Origin: Octopus vulgaris | Taxonomy: Eukaryota | Assembly: GCA_951406725.2 (NCBI GenBank) | Contig: OX597825.1 | Location: 45,756,001 to 45,820,000, forward strand | Length of the DNA: 64,000 nucleotides | Direction: 5' to 3' | Shown here: in pieces, positions 37,646 through 51,094 of the stretch | Layout: the number at the start of each line of letters is the position of its first letter | Position numbering within the stretch: position 1 is the first letter of the stretch | Position numbers and translations under genes: made by a program | The notes under the pieces: model-generated | What the model saw: only the letters and a program-made list of their open reading frames with translations | What the model was told of the DNA's origin: nothing | Databases searched by the model: none

Positions 37646-39776
37646 GATCAGACCAAAATCCTTCAATGCACAGGAGAAGTTGTTTAGATTCCCTTGTATG
37701 TCCTCAAGAGAGTGTACAACAAGTGCACAATCATCTGTGAAGAGCAAATCTCAAACTGTTTGCACCAAAGTCTTAGATTTTGTTCTGAAGCACTGTTCAT
37801 TGAACAAGTCACCACTAGTTCTGTACTCAAACTTTACTCCTTCTTTAACACACTCGAATGCTATTTCCAACATGATGGAGAAGTACAAAGCAAATAACAG
37901 TGGCGCAAGAACACAGCCTTGTTTTGTGCCATTTGAGACTGTGAATGAATCAGACACTTCTCTGCTAGATCTGATAGAAGCCATCATCCCTTGATGGAAA
38001 GAAATGGTGATATTGAGCATCTTTTCAGGAACACCTAGCTTTCTAAGACAACCCAAATAGCATCCTAGAAATGGTGTTGAGAGCTTTAGTTAGATCTACA
38101 AAAGTGACAAAAAGTCTCGGTTGTGCTCATGAATCTTTTCCTGCAGCTGCCTTATGCTAAAAATTATATCCATTGTGCCTCTACCAGCCCAAAATCCAAA
38201 CCGAGATTCAAGCAACACTAAGCTGGCACAGGCACCACCTAGTCTGTATAAGATAACCCTTCAAAGGATCTTCCTGGCAACACACAAAATGGTGATGCCC
38301 CTATGGTTGTCACATTCACATTTGCTGCCTTTGTGCTTATAAAGATGGACAAAAGAAGCATCTTTAAACTCCTGTGGGATTGATCCTGATACTCAGATTA
38401 AGGAGAAGAGTTCACACAACTTGCTCAACCAGAAACTGCTACCACATTTATATATCTTGGCAGGTGTTCCCAGATGACTTTCCATTTGTGAGCTGTTTTA
38501 TGACCTTTTTTATCTCAGCAATTTGATGGAAGAACTGACAGTTCTCCAGGGACAGGCCTCTGTGGTAGGTTGTTGATCAGTTCTTCATCAACGATTGAGT
38601 CCATATTCAGAACATTTGAAGAATGCCCGACCCAGTGCTTTGTGATCTTTTTATCTGTCAGAAGATTATTCGATATTGAAAGTATGGGAGTTGAGCCACC
38701 AGACACTTATCGAAAAGCATTCTTTAAATCCTGATAGAATGACCTGGAGTCACATCTATCCTCAGCATCCTGCAACTATGATGCCTTCTTTTATCACTAT
38801 ATCTGTTCCATTTGCATGTCTTTCTGGCCCTTTTAAACTTGTTGCATTGTGTGGTATTATTTTTATTTCATATCTATTGACAGTAGTACTTGTGCACATT
38901 GTCCAAAAGAGGATAGATGTTTGGATTATTTGAGTTGAAACAATCTTGGTGCTTCCTATTAACATACCCAAATGTCTCACAAGATGACCCAAATACAGCA
39001 TTTTAAAAGTAGACCGTGCTGAATCACTATCTGTGTTGTCTGAGATGACAAGTTTGTTGTCATATGTTGTCTGAAATGAAGTTAAATTGTCATTGTTCCT
39101 CAGCTTTGTTACAACCACTTTTTGAATTGGTCAAGTGTGATTGTTACGAATAGGACTGCAGATAGTAAAATTCACCTTTGATCATATCAGTCTATGGTCA
39201 GACCAACACTCCCCAATGGAGAAAGAACGTGTTACTTGGACATCTTCCTTCATGGAAGCCCTCATAATTATGTAATCAATGGTTTGATCAGGGATGATTC
39301 CAGGTAGTTTTGAAGTGGTTGAGAGTTGGCAAATAGTATTGTTAAGCAAAAGTCCATGCTCACTGCAAAACAATAGCAGCAGATGGCTGTTTGAGTTTGC
39401 TTTGCCAACCCCACACTTCCCTATTACATCACCCCTTGTGGATGTATCACAACCTACACGTGCATTGAAATCACCAAGGAGAAGAAGTTTATCATGGATG
39501 GAGACATCTCTCAATTGGCTGTGTAGCTCAGAGTAGAACTGCTCTTTGACTGCTTCATTTGAATTCATGGCTGGAGCAGAGCAGCTGCAAATAGATGCCC
39601 ATGCAATAATATGAGTGTTTCACTAATGCCAACAGGAAGAGATTCAAGATGCTTCACCAGGTCATTCCGAATAGCAAACCTAACACCTGCCTCTTTCTCT
39701 ACTTCGTAAGGTTTACCCATCCAGTTAAAAGTGTATCCACCATCAACTTCCTGTAGCTGACTGACTCGTCCCACAT
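37646..39776 (-). pseudogene. Decayed RTE (BovB-like) LINE, APE + RT
   Basis: LLGDFNARVG, WSDHRL, GTKQGCVLAPLLF. Confidence 0.85.
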
Positions 39777-41605
39777 GTGACAACAGTCATTCGACATAAG
39801 CCCACAGATCGGAAATTGTTGGACACTGCACAATTGCGTGCAGAACGGTTTCGTTGCTCTGACCGCATCTCCGGCAGGTCGGCCCCGTGTTTCTGGAGCC
39901 GTGTCTGTAGAGCTTATCCTGAACAGGTAGCGCTTCTCGGTAGCACTGCCAGGCCAGGGATCTTTGGAAGTTGTCCATGGGCCCTGTCTCGAAAGTCGTC
40001 CTGAACAGGCGGGTCAGGTATTCCTCGTCGACGTCCAGGTTCGCCCCGAGCTCGTCGTCGTACCTCCCTTCCACTAATCCCCTATAGAATGCTTTGGTTG
40101 TGTTGAAGTCACTCAAGGTTGACCCAGGATGGCATAGTTGCCTGAGAGCAACGCGACATTCGCGGTGCCATTCGCCCTTCCTCGGCCTCTTTTTGATCCA
40201 CGACTGCAGTTCGGTCATAGAGACGTGTTGCGGGAAAGTGTGCCTCACAAACGGCGACCACACCTGTTCACCGTCGTCTACATAGAGCCTGAGATGTCGC
40301 GGTCTCAGCGCGTGTCTGCGCATCATCAACCACGGCAAATGGATCGCCTGACCATCGGGACGCATCCTTTCTACAAGAAACGAAAGAGAATGCGTTCTAG
40401 TTTGGTGATGGTAGGGTCGGGACAAAGCACGACGGTCAGGCGGTAGTAGATGACAGACGCGATGTACGAGTTAGCCACCTCCGCCCGACCTTTTAGGGAC
40501 AGCTTCCTCTCGGCCCATTGCCAGGCGAGAGTGACCACCCAACTCGTTATCTCATTCCAGTTTTTCTCCAGTTGGATGTCGGGACCAAACCAGACCCCGA
40601 GCAACTCGACCGGACCGTCGGTCCAGCGCCCCACGACGGAGGCACTGGTGGACGGCATGGGCTTGCTTCTCCAGGTGCCGAGTCACAAGCCCACTGATTT
40701 TTCCCCGTTGATTTTCGCTCCTGTCACCGCTTCGTAGTCTTTCGGTGTCTCGCTGACCAGCTCGATTTGCTCGTGGCTAGACACTATGACGGTGACGTCG
40801 TCCGCGTATGCAGACATGCTCATCTCGCATCCCAATTCTCGCGAGATGCCCCTCAGAGTTGCCAGCTTCCGCAATAATGGCTCGAGAGTCATTACGTAGA
40901 GCAGCGACAAGAACGTACAATGTCGAAAGGTCTCGATAGATGTCCATTTATGTGAATTACCGAACGGATGCCTCTGTACAAAGCGGCTATCCAGCCGCAG
41001 AAGACGGGACCGAAACCTGTGCTCTGAGGACAGCCTCCAAGTATCGATGGTCTACCCTATCGAAAGCTTTCAATTGATCCAAATTGATCAGCGCCCCACC
41101 CATGCCAGGTTCCTTAACTACCCTGTCTATGATGTAGCGCATCAGGTGGAGGTTGTCATGGATGCTCTGGGCTGGCACGGCGCACGTTTGCGCCTTTTTG
41201 ACCAGTTTCTCGATGACAAGCGTCAACCTCTTGGCTAACACCTTGGCCAAAATTTTCGAGTCTGCATTAAGCAGAGTGATGGGCCTAAAGTTATTTATTA
41301 CATCTCCCTTGTTTAGATCTTTCTTCGGTAGTGTTATGGCTCCTCGGCTCACAAAACCAGGAATGCTCCCGTTTTGCTGCCAGTTGCAGTACACCGCTGC
41401 CAAGACGTCTCCAAACAAGTCTGGCATACAACTGTAAAGCTCGTAGGGTAGACCATCCAAACCCTGTTGTGCCTCTGCCACCCGGGCCTCTCTTGTGGCT
41501 CCAACACCTTCATTCCTTAGAGCACGCATCCTAGCTCTGACAACACGCCCTTCATGTTTGGCGTTGAAGTGTTGGTCGAGGGCTAACCTCGCCACCAAAA
41601 CGTCG
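39777..41605 (-). pseudogene. L1/Tx1-clade LINE fragment with internal deletions
   Basis: NFRPITLLN, LDQLKAFDRV, AYADD, CRRC..H..C; related to 28345-31680. Confidence 0.88.
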
Positions 41606-41689
41606 GAGATAGATAATTTTATAAATTTATAAATAGATAATTTTAATTTTTTATATTTTCTCTTTCTGTGTATATTTTTTGTATGTCAC

Positions 41690-42282
41690 TAAACCCTGCT
41701 TGCGAAGACCTGTTGAGGGAACTGAAATCAAAATCAAAATCAAATCAAAATCAATTCGATGACTGGCATCTGTGCTAGTGGGGTGCAAAGATCACCATAC
41801 GAGTGTGATCGTTAACAGAGCGGCTATTTGAGTATGATTGTTACCAGTGTTGCCTTACTGGCACTCATGCCAAGAGCACCATCCGAGCGTGATCATTGCC
41901 AGAGCAACCAACTGGCTTCCGTACCCCACCATCCGAGCATGATCGTTGCCAGAGCAGCCAACTGGCTTTTGTACCCGTGGCACGTACAAGGGCACCATTC
42001 GAGCGTGATCGTTACCAACGTCGCTTCACTGACACCTGTGCCGGTGGCATGTGTAAAAAGATTCGAGCGAGGTCATTACAAGTACTGCCTGACTGGCCCC
42101 CGTGCTGGTAAAAAGCACCCACTACACTCTTGGAGTGGTTGGCGTTAGGAAGGGCATCTAGCTGTAGAAACTCTGCCAGATCAAGATTGGAGCCTGGTGC
42201 AGTCATCTGGCTCACCAGCCCTCAGTCAAAATCGTCCAACCCATGCTAGCATAGAAAGTGGACGTTAAACGATGATGATGAT
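41690..42282 (+). mobile_element. SINE-like repeat with tandem units and (GAT)n tail
   Basis: Same family as 18560-19010. Confidence 0.75.
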
Positions 42283-42454
42283 ACTTGTAAGAAAAAATCT
42301 TTTGCTATTTAAGCAACCCCTAAAACATACATTTTTTTCAATTTGGAAACAGGTACTTGAAGCTTGAAACTCATATCAGAGTAATTCACTGTAAACATTA
42401 TTATTAAAATAAAAATTATCTCCTCAAAAAAACTATCTCTACTCATTCTTTCAA

Positions 42455-42490
<36 letters not shown>

Positions 42491-42659
42491 GCATATATAT
42501 ATATATATACATATACATACACACATGTACATTCATAAAAATATAAACATATATACACACATACCTATATATACACACACATACATAAATTCATATCCAC
42601 ATACACATTTACATACATCATCACACACTTAGATGGAACATATATCCAGAACTTATATT

Positions 42660-42960
42660 TAGTACATATATCCAAAGTAACATCAAGGAAGTTAATCTTA
42701 GTATAATCATTTTGTATTGAGATAGAAGGATTGAAACGTTTAAAGAATTTGAAAAGATTTTTTCTGGACCTTTCTAAATTAACCTTATTAGATCTATATA
42801 TATTGAATAGTGTCATCTCTATATAATCACCCACTAATTCAGGAAATTCACTATGTATACAATTAAGAATATAAATACCCATTAAATCAGTTGAGTCAAG
42901 TTACTGGATCCCATAGTAACATTGAAATAATATATCTCTGTAGATACTAAATATATGGTT
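42660..42960 (-). pseudogene. Naiad-type PLE RT fragment
   Basis: FNVTMGS, MGIYIL, YRDD, LERSRKNLFKFFK..INFLDVTLDI. Confidence 0.65.
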
Positions 42961-42968
42961 GATATAAG

Positions 42969-43032
<64 letters not shown>

Positions 43033-43057
43033 CATCATCATCATCATCATCATCATT

Positions 43058-43265
43058 TCTACTATAGGCACAAGGCCTGGAATTTGTGGGTTGGGGGATA
43101 GTCAATTACATCAACCCCAGTGCTTGACTTTCACTGAATTTATTGACCCTGAAAGGATGAAAGGCAAAGTTGACTTTGGTAGTATTTGAAGTCAGAAAGT
43201 AATAACAGGTGAAATACAGTCAAGCATTTTGTCCAGCTTGCTAACAATTTTGCCAGTTCACTACC
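43058..43265 (-). mobile_element. tRNA-derived SINE (family of 1356-1560)
   Basis: Sequence homology; embedded in (AAT)n/(CAT)n. Confidence 0.7.
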
Positions 43266-43271
43266 TTAATG

Positions 43272-43315
<44 letters not shown>

Positions 43316-43318
<3 letters not shown>

Positions 43319-45020
43319 GACAATAATGAACTTGAAGGCCTATTGCGCACCGTGAAAGCATTCAGCGATGACATCGGGATGGAGTTTGGACTTGAGAAGT
43401 GTGCCAAGGCCACTTTCCAGAAAGGGAAAGTGAAGACCACAAATTCAGTCGTGTTAGATGTTGACACAGTCATAAGAGAGCTTGAGCAAGAACAAACATA
43501 CAAATATTTAGGGATAAATGAAGGCTCTGGTATTCAGCATACAAGCATGAAAGAGAAGATCAGGAAGGAATGTTATAGGAGAGTTCGTGCAGTCCTGAAA
43601 TCTGAACTAAATGCACGTAACAAGGTGTTAGCTATAAATTCCTTAGCAGTTCCAGTTGTTACTTATAGCTACAATGTGTTGAACTGGAATATGAGTGAAG
43701 TAAAGAATATAGATAGGAAAATACGCAAGCTGCTGAGTTGTAATAGGATGCACCACCCAAAGGCAGACGTAGATCGCCTTTACCTTCCCAGAGCCCAAAG
43801 AGGTCGAGGCCTGATCCAATTTGAACTAGCTTACAAAACAACCACAATTGGACTGGCCAAATATCTCGAAATATCGAATGACTGGATGCTAAAGCTCGTG
43901 GAAAATCACGACAGACGAAAGAAGCTTCATTCTAGTATAAAGGAAAGCAAAAAATTTGCTATTGATCTCGTGCAGGATACCCAAACTGAACAACCCGAGG
44001 GAAGTACGGCAACTATTGTTGCAAAGAAGGTGAAAATGATGGCAACGAAAAAAGCGCACGAGCAATTGGCTGATAGGTGGGAGGAGAAACCTCTGCACGG
44101 CAAATATGTGACCCGCAGCAAACAAGCTGATGTTGACCAGAAGCAAACCCATCAGTGGCTACGGAGCTCAGGGCTAAAAGCAGAGAGCGAAGGTTTCATC
44201 CTGGCTGCTCAAGATCAAAGCCTATTAACCCAGAACTACCAGGTCAATGTGATGAAAAATGGAGCAGACCCAAAATGCTGATTCTGCAACGACATGATTG
44301 AAACAGTGGACCACCTAATCTCTGGATGTAAAGTCTTAGTACCAGTGGAGTATAAATTAAGACATGACAGAGTTGGCCAATATCTCCACTGGCTAATAAG
44401 TCGGCATTACAATATCAAAACTGCCGACAAGTGGTATAATCACCACCCTGAGGCTGTAACTGAAGGAGAAAATGTAACCATTCTGTGGGACTTTCCAGTA
44501 CATACAGACCGAACCATCAAGGCCAATAAACCAGATATTGTTGTGAAAGACCAAAACAATAAAGTTTGCTTATTGATCGACATGAGCATCCCCTGTGATC
44601 ATAATATCTCAGCGAAAGAGTTTGACAAGCTCAGAAAATATAAAGACCTACTCATTGAAATTGAGAAAATGTGGCATCTCAAGGCGGTTACAATACCAGT
44701 GATCGTAGGAGCACTAGGAATTATCAAGAAGGGAACCGAAAATTATATGAGAATGATCCCTGGCTTACCATCCCTGCAAGAAGTGCAAAAGATTGTCTTA
44801 ACTGGTACATCACACGTATTGAGAAGAGCATTGTCGATGTGAGAACTGTTGCTGCTCATGTATTTTAATTTAACTTAAAAAACAAAAAAAAACAAAAATG
44901 AACGAACTATTGAGTTTGGTTTAATGGCCTACCAATGTATACTATGAGTTTCTTTGCCCTAGAAGTCGGGAAGACACTCGGCAAGAAATGGAAGCAAATT
45001 TGAAAGAAGAAAAAAAAAAG
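43316..45020 (+). mobile_element. R4/Dong-clade non-LTR retrotransposon, 5'-truncated, inserted in (AAT)n
   Basis: DIGMEFGLEKC, YKYLG, C*FC..H....C, RHD, KPDIVV..LIDMSIP..K.KY (restriction-like endonuclease); A-rich end followed by (TAA)n; one in-frame TGA at 44279. Confidence 0.93.
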
Positions 45021-45039
45021 TAATAATAATAATCATAAC

Positions 45040-45499
45040 ACTAATAATAATAAAACTTAAGAATAGAAATTATAGTAGGAAAAAGTCAATGTTAATAATG
45101 TTAATACTAAGAAAAGCATATATAAAAATAATAGAAAGAATAAATCAATATTATTTGGTATAATGTACCATTCACATATTTAATAATTACCAGTATTCCT
45201 TGAAAATTCTTTGCTGCATGAGCTAAGTATTTCCCACCTTCAAGTAAATATGGGAAATTATTTATTTACCATAGTAAAAAAGATTTCATATTTAACCACT
45301 AGAAATTTAGCTGAGATTAAAACAGCACACAATAATCAAAGAATTGAAGAATATCTCAACTCAAAATCTATGAACAGGAGTAAAACCGATAATGTGTATT
45401 GTGAAATTAACTCTAATGATAATTTTCCTGCACTACATTTCGATTCTTTGAGTAAAAGTAATTCCTATTCTGACAATACAGTTAACAGACTGTTTTAAT

Positions 45500-45544
<45 letters not shown>

Positions 45545-46200
45545 CCTACCTTAACACCTAATTCCAAGAGGACTAGTAGGAATTCTTTTAACCATGAGTA
45601 CCAAATACAAGTGAATAATTGCTCGTGTAATTGTACAAACAAAACTGTTTGCTCTTTAGAAAATCAATGTTTAGGAAAAATACAGTCCATCAGTGCAACA
45701 ACAGGGGATTGTAAGTATTATTACATAGGTTCATCTGCTACAATTTGGAAATCTAGATTTCACAATCATTCTCATTCTTTTAAGTATAGAAGAAAAGCTA
45801 ATTTAAAAAATCTTAGTAAATGTATTTGTGATTTAAAAGATGAAAACAATAAAATGGTCCATTAATAATTACACACATTGTACAGTATTGGCAATTCTAC
45901 ATGTGATCTTTGCCTTGAAAAATGTATTATATAATTACTTCTAAATTAGTTTTATTAATTTTCAATGGGAATTTTATAATAAAATGTTGCCACAAAATTT
46001 GAAAGACATTTAAATATTTCAATTCTTAAATATAATTGTTTTCATATGTTATATGACCAGCATAATTCTTCTAAAAACGTTTACTATATTTAATTAACAG
46101 ATAATTGTCATGACATAAAATCTCTGTTTCTAATTGTTGTAACATAGAATTCTTGGGTTTATATTTTATTCTTTCATTATCCACTGATGTCACCAAGAGT
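45040..46200 (+). pseudogene. Naiad-type PLE C-terminal/GIY-YIG remnant
   Basis: NIIWYNVPF, CNCTNKTVCSLENQCL, YIGSS..WKSRFHNHSHSF..LSKCICDLK. Confidence 0.65.
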
Positions 46201-46329
46201 TAAATACAAAAATAGATCTTCTTAGATTATATCTCTTCTTAGCATTCTTTTTGTATTCACTTTGAATTCAATTAATTTTGATTGCCTTTAAAATGTTGTT
46301 GAGATTTTTTTCTTTCATGCAACATTATT

Positions 46330-47358
46330 ATTTTCTTCAGAATGCTGCAGGTAGTACCAGTCTACACTGTTTACTAATAGTGCTACTAACACAGTGTCCT
46401 GACTTAAATCCTTCACATAGACTTATTATTACTATTATGATTATTATTTTTGTTCCACACAGAATCATATTCTTTTTCTTCAAAATGCTGCAGGTCTACA
46501 TTGTTTCCCGGTAGCACTTTTAACACATAGCAACGTGACTTAAATCCTTCACATAGACTTATTATTTTTTTTTCTTCCACACAATTATTTTTCTCTTCAG
46601 AATGCTGCAGGTAGTACCAGTCTACATTGTTTACCTGACAGAAATCCTGCATATGGATTTATATTATATTTCACTGAGTGTAGTTCAGTTCTGTGTTAGA
46701 GTTCCAGTTTTATCAGACATTTTTTTTTAGAATCTTTTTCACAATAGAATTTATATATTTTTCACTCTGTATAGTTCAGTTCTGCATTAGTCTTATCTTC
46801 CACTGCATGCAGTTCGACTCCTCATCGCCACATCGTCTGTGTGACTGACCCAAACAGTGTACCTCACTGACTGACACTGCTTGCTGTGTCTGTCCACTAT
46901 TTATTAGTAGTGAAATAGCTGGGTACATTGCATACATTGGTGCATATTATTTTTCATTCAGTGTAGTTCTGTTCTGTGTTAGTCTTATCTGCCACTGTGT
47001 GTAGTTCAACCCCTCTTTGCCACTGATATGTCCCACATTATGATGATGTATTTTGTCATCAGCATGACTGGCCTGAACAGTGTATCTTACTGACTGACAC
47101 TGCTTGCTGTGTCTGTCCACTATTTATCAGTAGTAGAATAGCTCACTTCTCACTTGGGGGTGTCTGCCACAACAGTATTTTTGTTGTCTAATACTCAAAA
47201 TTCTTCTAAATCATATTTGGACCTACTTGTCATACATGAGGAATTACCTTGGATGTGTATTCTACTTGAATTCATTGGTATCTGATTGTTGGATATAGTT
47301 AATCAAATTCATTTAAAATTGAATGCTTTATTGATATCAGCCTGAATTTTTAAATCTC

Positions 47359-47434
<76 letters not shown>

Positions 47435-47520
47435 TACATACAAGTATATTTTTTTCACTCTGTATAGTTCAGTTCTGTGTTAGTCTTCCACTGCATGCAG
47501 TTTAACTCCTCATCGCACAT
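46330..47520. repeat. Complex local repeat array (two unit types)
   Basis: aatgctgcagg(tagtaccag)tctaca three times (46340-46630); tagttcagttctg.gttag four times (46680-47480). Confidence 0.6.
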
Positions 47521-48618
47521 ATGCATTCATTTTTGTTTTGCATATGTGCACACACAGGTAATGTATGAAAACATGTACCTGCATGCAGACTCATACACAT
47601 ACACTAACACAGACATGTATGCACAAATGCCTGCATGTGTTTTTTTAAGATAGCCAAAAATTCATGCTGTTGTGTGTGCACACACACATACATGCATATA
47701 TATATATATATATATATACATATATATAGAAACACACACAGACGTATGCATGTGCATACATATACTCATGTGTATGTAAATACTACATATACATGGGTAC
47801 ATTGATACACATGTATACTTTCCCACACACAATACATATTTACAAACATATATATATATACACCAGCATGGAAAACGGACATTTGATGATGAAGATGATG
47901 ATGATGCTGATGCTCTATATATCTTTATCCTTATAATTTGTTCAGGCCAAATACTTCAGAATGAGCTCGTAAAACCTCCTATGTTTGTTGTTGTTCTTGT
48001 CCTCCAGAGTAATCCTATAGGATGGCTATATATGTGAAACTTCTTGCAACTTAGGAATGGCACAGTGGACAATGAAAAGAAAGGCATGGAAAAAGAGGAC
48101 AGAAGCATGAAAAATGACTCAATAGATGCAACTGTGGATGTAAGAGTGAATGTAAATTTTAAAACAATTGCATGGGACAGAATGTTATTTATTAATGTGA
48201 TGTACAAACAGGTGCACAAACATTTGCGTACATTGGTGCAATGATAGACATGATGAAAGGCTGTCTGAAAAATCATATTGCATCTTTTTCTGAAGAAAAT
48301 AAGAGTCACTGCTCCTCATTAGCAAACCTCATATGTAGGTTGAAGTGAAGTGGAAAAGAATATACATCAAAATGGTCCATAATAAAAAATGCTAAACCCT
48401 ACGATGCAATATCATGGGTCTGCAACTTAAGCTTAGAAGAAACCTTAGAATCTATTCTCTGGAAAGAATAAATAGTTAATAAATGCTTGGAAATAGTAGT
48501 TTTGTCATGCATACCTAAATTAAAGAATTCCTTCATGGAACTTGAATAAATCTTCTGAAAAAATCAATAATTATTCTTGGATGAACTTGTGAACATGAGC
48601 AAACAAAGAGAAAGAGAG

Positions 48619-49640
48619 AATACCAAACGAGTTCCCTATGGATACCGTATTTATTACAAGCCACGAGTTGTAATAAATATGGTATCCATAGGGAATGAGT
48701 TTGGTATTTTATTTATTATACTCGAATAAACGACCATATTTTATTAACCCAATAACTAAATTCTTCACATCGTGTTGAAGCGCACATGAATACAGCTTGA
48801 TTTCACGTCAGTGACGTCACAATGTGTAACTGTAAAAGATGTCATGCTGCAGGAAGATAGTCCGACTTTATAGCACTAAGTTTTCAGGTGAAATGACTGA
48901 TAACTGATGACTGTTTAACATTTTGTTAACATTCAAGTTCACGTTCAAGAAATACATAACACAGATTGAATCTTCAATAACTTTAATAATACTCAAACCT
49001 GTTTTCGAGTAGCAATGTCAGTCAGAGTAGAGCACAACAGTCCATGCAGTCCAGTAAAACTTAACAGTCCTCATTATCTGCGAGACGAGGTCGCTTTGCA
49101 TCTGAACCAAAGAAGTTCACATTGATTGTTCCCCCATGTCGAACTTGGCCAGTATTGATCTTCACTTTGAACATTCTGTATGTTCCAAGAGGTTGAACAA
49201 CGGATAACACTCTTCCCCCATCTTTACCATCAATCTTAACAAAATCATTCACCTTGATATCGACAACAGTAGCCATCTTGTTGATAGATCTACCTGCACT
49301 GCAAGAGTATCGACGAGCAGACGAAATATGTTGTGATTTTTTTGGCAACAAAAAATTGAATTACCACCAGAAATGTTTATATTTTATGTGTATATGACTT
49401 TAAGTGATATCTGGTATAAAAAAGATAGTATGTTTGTTTAATTATATGGCTACATTCTACCTGCTCATGAAAGTAATGAATGAAGTTTAGTTGTAACTTA
49501 TGAATGACAAAAGTAGTGCCGTCACAGTGACCTCGGGTCATCATCATGGATTGACCAATCAGAAGCAGCGCTCGCAGTATCTGACATATGTTAGATACCA
49601 AAAATATCTCAAAGTGTTCTCACTCACATGTGTGTAATAA
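48619..49640 (-). mobile_element. Probable internally deleted Crypton-like element with terminal hairpin and 71-aa ORF (49276-49061)
   Basis: ~90-bp stem-loop at 48619-48708; CCAAT-containing opposite end; ORF ends in a GGTINVNF tail. Confidence 0.45.
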
Positions 49641-50563
49641 TCTTTAATATAGAATAATGTCATTACAAACTTATATGAGCATGATGGATTGTAATTATCA
49701 TGGATATCAGTATAAATTATATGCATACTAATGTAGGTATAATATATTATCTAACTGAAATATATTGATATATGACATAGGTGATTTAATGAGAATAATG
49801 AAAACAGTGAGTGTCAATAAATGGAATACAAGAACTGTGAACAGAGAGTACACCCCTTTAAGAAGATAGTGCCTGGTAGCACAGCAGAGTGTGGTAAATG
49901 ATAATTAATCACACCACTCTTAATGTGAACTTTATCACCTCTAGCATCTTAGTATATTGTTTTGAAACTGATAGTGTCAAAACGAGACTTTGGCCTTTAT
50001 AATTTACATGCCTGTCTAATCATTAGTGAAGCACTTGGGTTGAGGAGGGGTTCTGAATCCCTTGGTCAAATCTAATGTGTTTCTTCATGTTGCTTTCTTT
50101 CCTCTTTCTTCCTTTTTCCTGTTAGCAAGCAGTACCCAATGTTATTTTTTTCTCCCTTTTTCCTTTGTCTTTATATCTCTCTCTTTCATAAGTTATGGTG
50201 ATTCACAAGCACTGCCCAAAAAATCTAATGGAGTTTCCTGATTGGTGTATAATGGTAAATGTCTTTAAATATAAACATCAGTTCAGAAAACACCATTAAT
50301 GTCAAAATACCTGATGATGCATACACATAGAATAAAGATATACACAAGATCCATAGATATATTAACAATAATATCTAATTATATCCTATGGATGTGAGAG
50401 TATAGTTGCAAATAAACATGCAGAAATATATGTTGCAATGCATTAATAAAGTACAAATTATTTCCATTCTCAAGCCATTTTCGTTATTTCTATTCTCAAG
50501 CCATTTTCGCTATTTTCATTCTCAAGCCATTTTCGCTATTTTCTTTCTTTTTTCTTTATGCCT

Positions 50564-50989
50564 TTAACCCTCCAACGTGGAGTATAGGCCACTTATGGTT
50601 GAATTCCATGTCACATAATTTTTGGCTTCTGTACTTATACTCTGACGTGAATGTCCCCCTTTATCTAGTTCCTTTTGTGTTGATCTCCGCCATGAGTTCT
50701 TAGGCCTACCTCTCCTATATCCATTCGGTTTCCACTGTAAAGCACTTTTTGCTACATTTGGTGTGTCTTTCCTAATTGTGCTACCAATCCACTTCCACTT
50801 TTTCTTAAATATTTGCTCCCTAATCGAAACTTCATTTGTTCTTTGCCATAGCTCCATATTGCTTATGTGTTCGGGCCATCTTATTTTAAGTATACTACAC
50901 AAGCATCTGTTGATGAATGAGTGTATTTGCTTATTTGACTTAACTGTTGTTCGCCATGTCTCAGCCCCATACAATAACACCGCTTTTAC

Positions 50990-50990
<1 letters not shown>
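50564..50990 (-). pseudogene. RTE LINE 3' end
   Basis: LLYGAETW, KWKWIG, RRGRPKNSWRR. Confidence 0.8.
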
Positions 50991-51050
<60 letters not shown>

Positions 51051-51094
51051 CAGCATCATCACCATCATAGTAATATACTGTGTATATATATATA

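Noticed and set aside
44279-44281. In-frame TGA as selenocysteine or readthrough
   Set aside because: It falls at a non-Cys position of CxxC; CpG decay of an Arg codon is simpler and no SECIS was recognised
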